Assembly: GCA_051294375.1 (NCBI GenBank)
Contig: JBJCIZ010001555.1
Span: 1 to 9,122 of the forward strand
Source of the DNA: Paraspadella gotoi
Taxonomy: Eukaryota; Animalia; Chaetognatha
Length of the DNA: 9,122 bases
Direction: 5' to 3'
Position 1 is the stretch's first letter. The number at the start of each line of letters is the position of its first letter. The translations under genes and the position numbers were made by a program. The notes below the pieces were generated by a model, which was not told the DNA's origin, ran no database searches, and saw nothing but the letters and a program-made list of their open reading frames with translations. Of this stretch, positions 8,627 through 9,122 are shown one piece after another.

Positions 8627-8844
8627 ATCATTTTTTTTGCATAATTTATCATAATTCGATGTTCTGACATGATATAAGTGTGTGCCCGACAATATTGAGG
8701 GGCGGACGACGGACCGAAAAAGTGAGTATAGAGTCGGGATCTGCTGATAAGCAGATCCGACTAAAAAAGTATGTATGAATTTTAAAACAAAACTTTTAAA
8801 GATCTATTCAGACAGGACAATATCTGTTACCTGTTATTTGTTAC

Positions 8845-9122
8845 CATTTTTTCCTTCTCATATCTTCTCTGTTATTCTTTCTCGTTACCTTTCTTCTTCA
8901 CAGCTTTTTATTTTTTCTAATCCTCTTTCCTTCCTTTCATCTCACGTCTTCACTTTCAATTTTTTTACCCCCTACCTTTCCCTGCTTCTCTTCCACTTCC
9001 CTTATCTTTTTTTTCTCTTATTCTCTCCTTCCATTTCTTTCCCCTTCTTTTTCTTTCAATTTCCCCCTCCCTTTCCCGCCCTTTCCCGGCTTTATCTCTC
9101 TACTTTTATCCCCTTTGCCTTC
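8845..9122. repeat. Long polypyrimidine/polypurine low-complexity tract
   Basis: The + strand is overwhelmingly C/T to the window end. Confidence 0.8.

Larger units (their letters stand above)
6019..8768 (-). mobile_element. Expanded or compound copy B of the same Helentron/DINE-1-like family (about 2.75 kb), inverted relative to A
   Basis: 5' hairpin agtcgggatctgct-gata-agcagatccgact (8732-8762) next to an A6 run (T6 on minus). 8500-8762 is homologous to 5267-5545. The 3' end at 6019-6049 is the exact reverse complement of 5729-5759, and homology continues to about 6163 (matching 5631-5728). It may be two merged copies plus insertions rather than one element. Confidence 0.68.

Noticed and set aside
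5312-8692. ORFs 5312..5521, 7241..7456 and 8501..8692
   Set aside because: Translations of GTCY microsatellites and core repeats, with no transposase or Rep/helicase motifs.

Overview
AT-rich eukaryotic (probably invertebrate) genomic DNA, not prokaryotic. The only credible protein-coding sequence is the first coding exon of a minus-strand alpha-1,3-fucosyltransferase (GT10, type II membrane) at 575->137. It is bounded by a TTTTCAG acceptor 3 nt upstream of the ATG and an AAG|GTATGA donor. The rest is upstream/intergenic DNA dense in repeats: a degenerate inverted repeat (902-1091), a CT-microsatellite module family (2993-4430), and 22-bp, 14-bp and 18-bp minisatellites. The main structure is a pair of related non-autonomous Helentron/DINE-1-like elements arranged tail-to-tail. 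A compact copy lies on + (about 5264-5759). A much expanded copy lies on - (about 6019-8768) and carries about 8 full or partial copies of a 150-180 bp core repeat. Their 3' ends form a perfect 31-bp inverted repeat around a 259-bp unique spacer, which shows a speculative micro-exon-like splice-site pattern. I see no convincing evidence for a novel protein-coding system, and all other listed ORFs look spurious.
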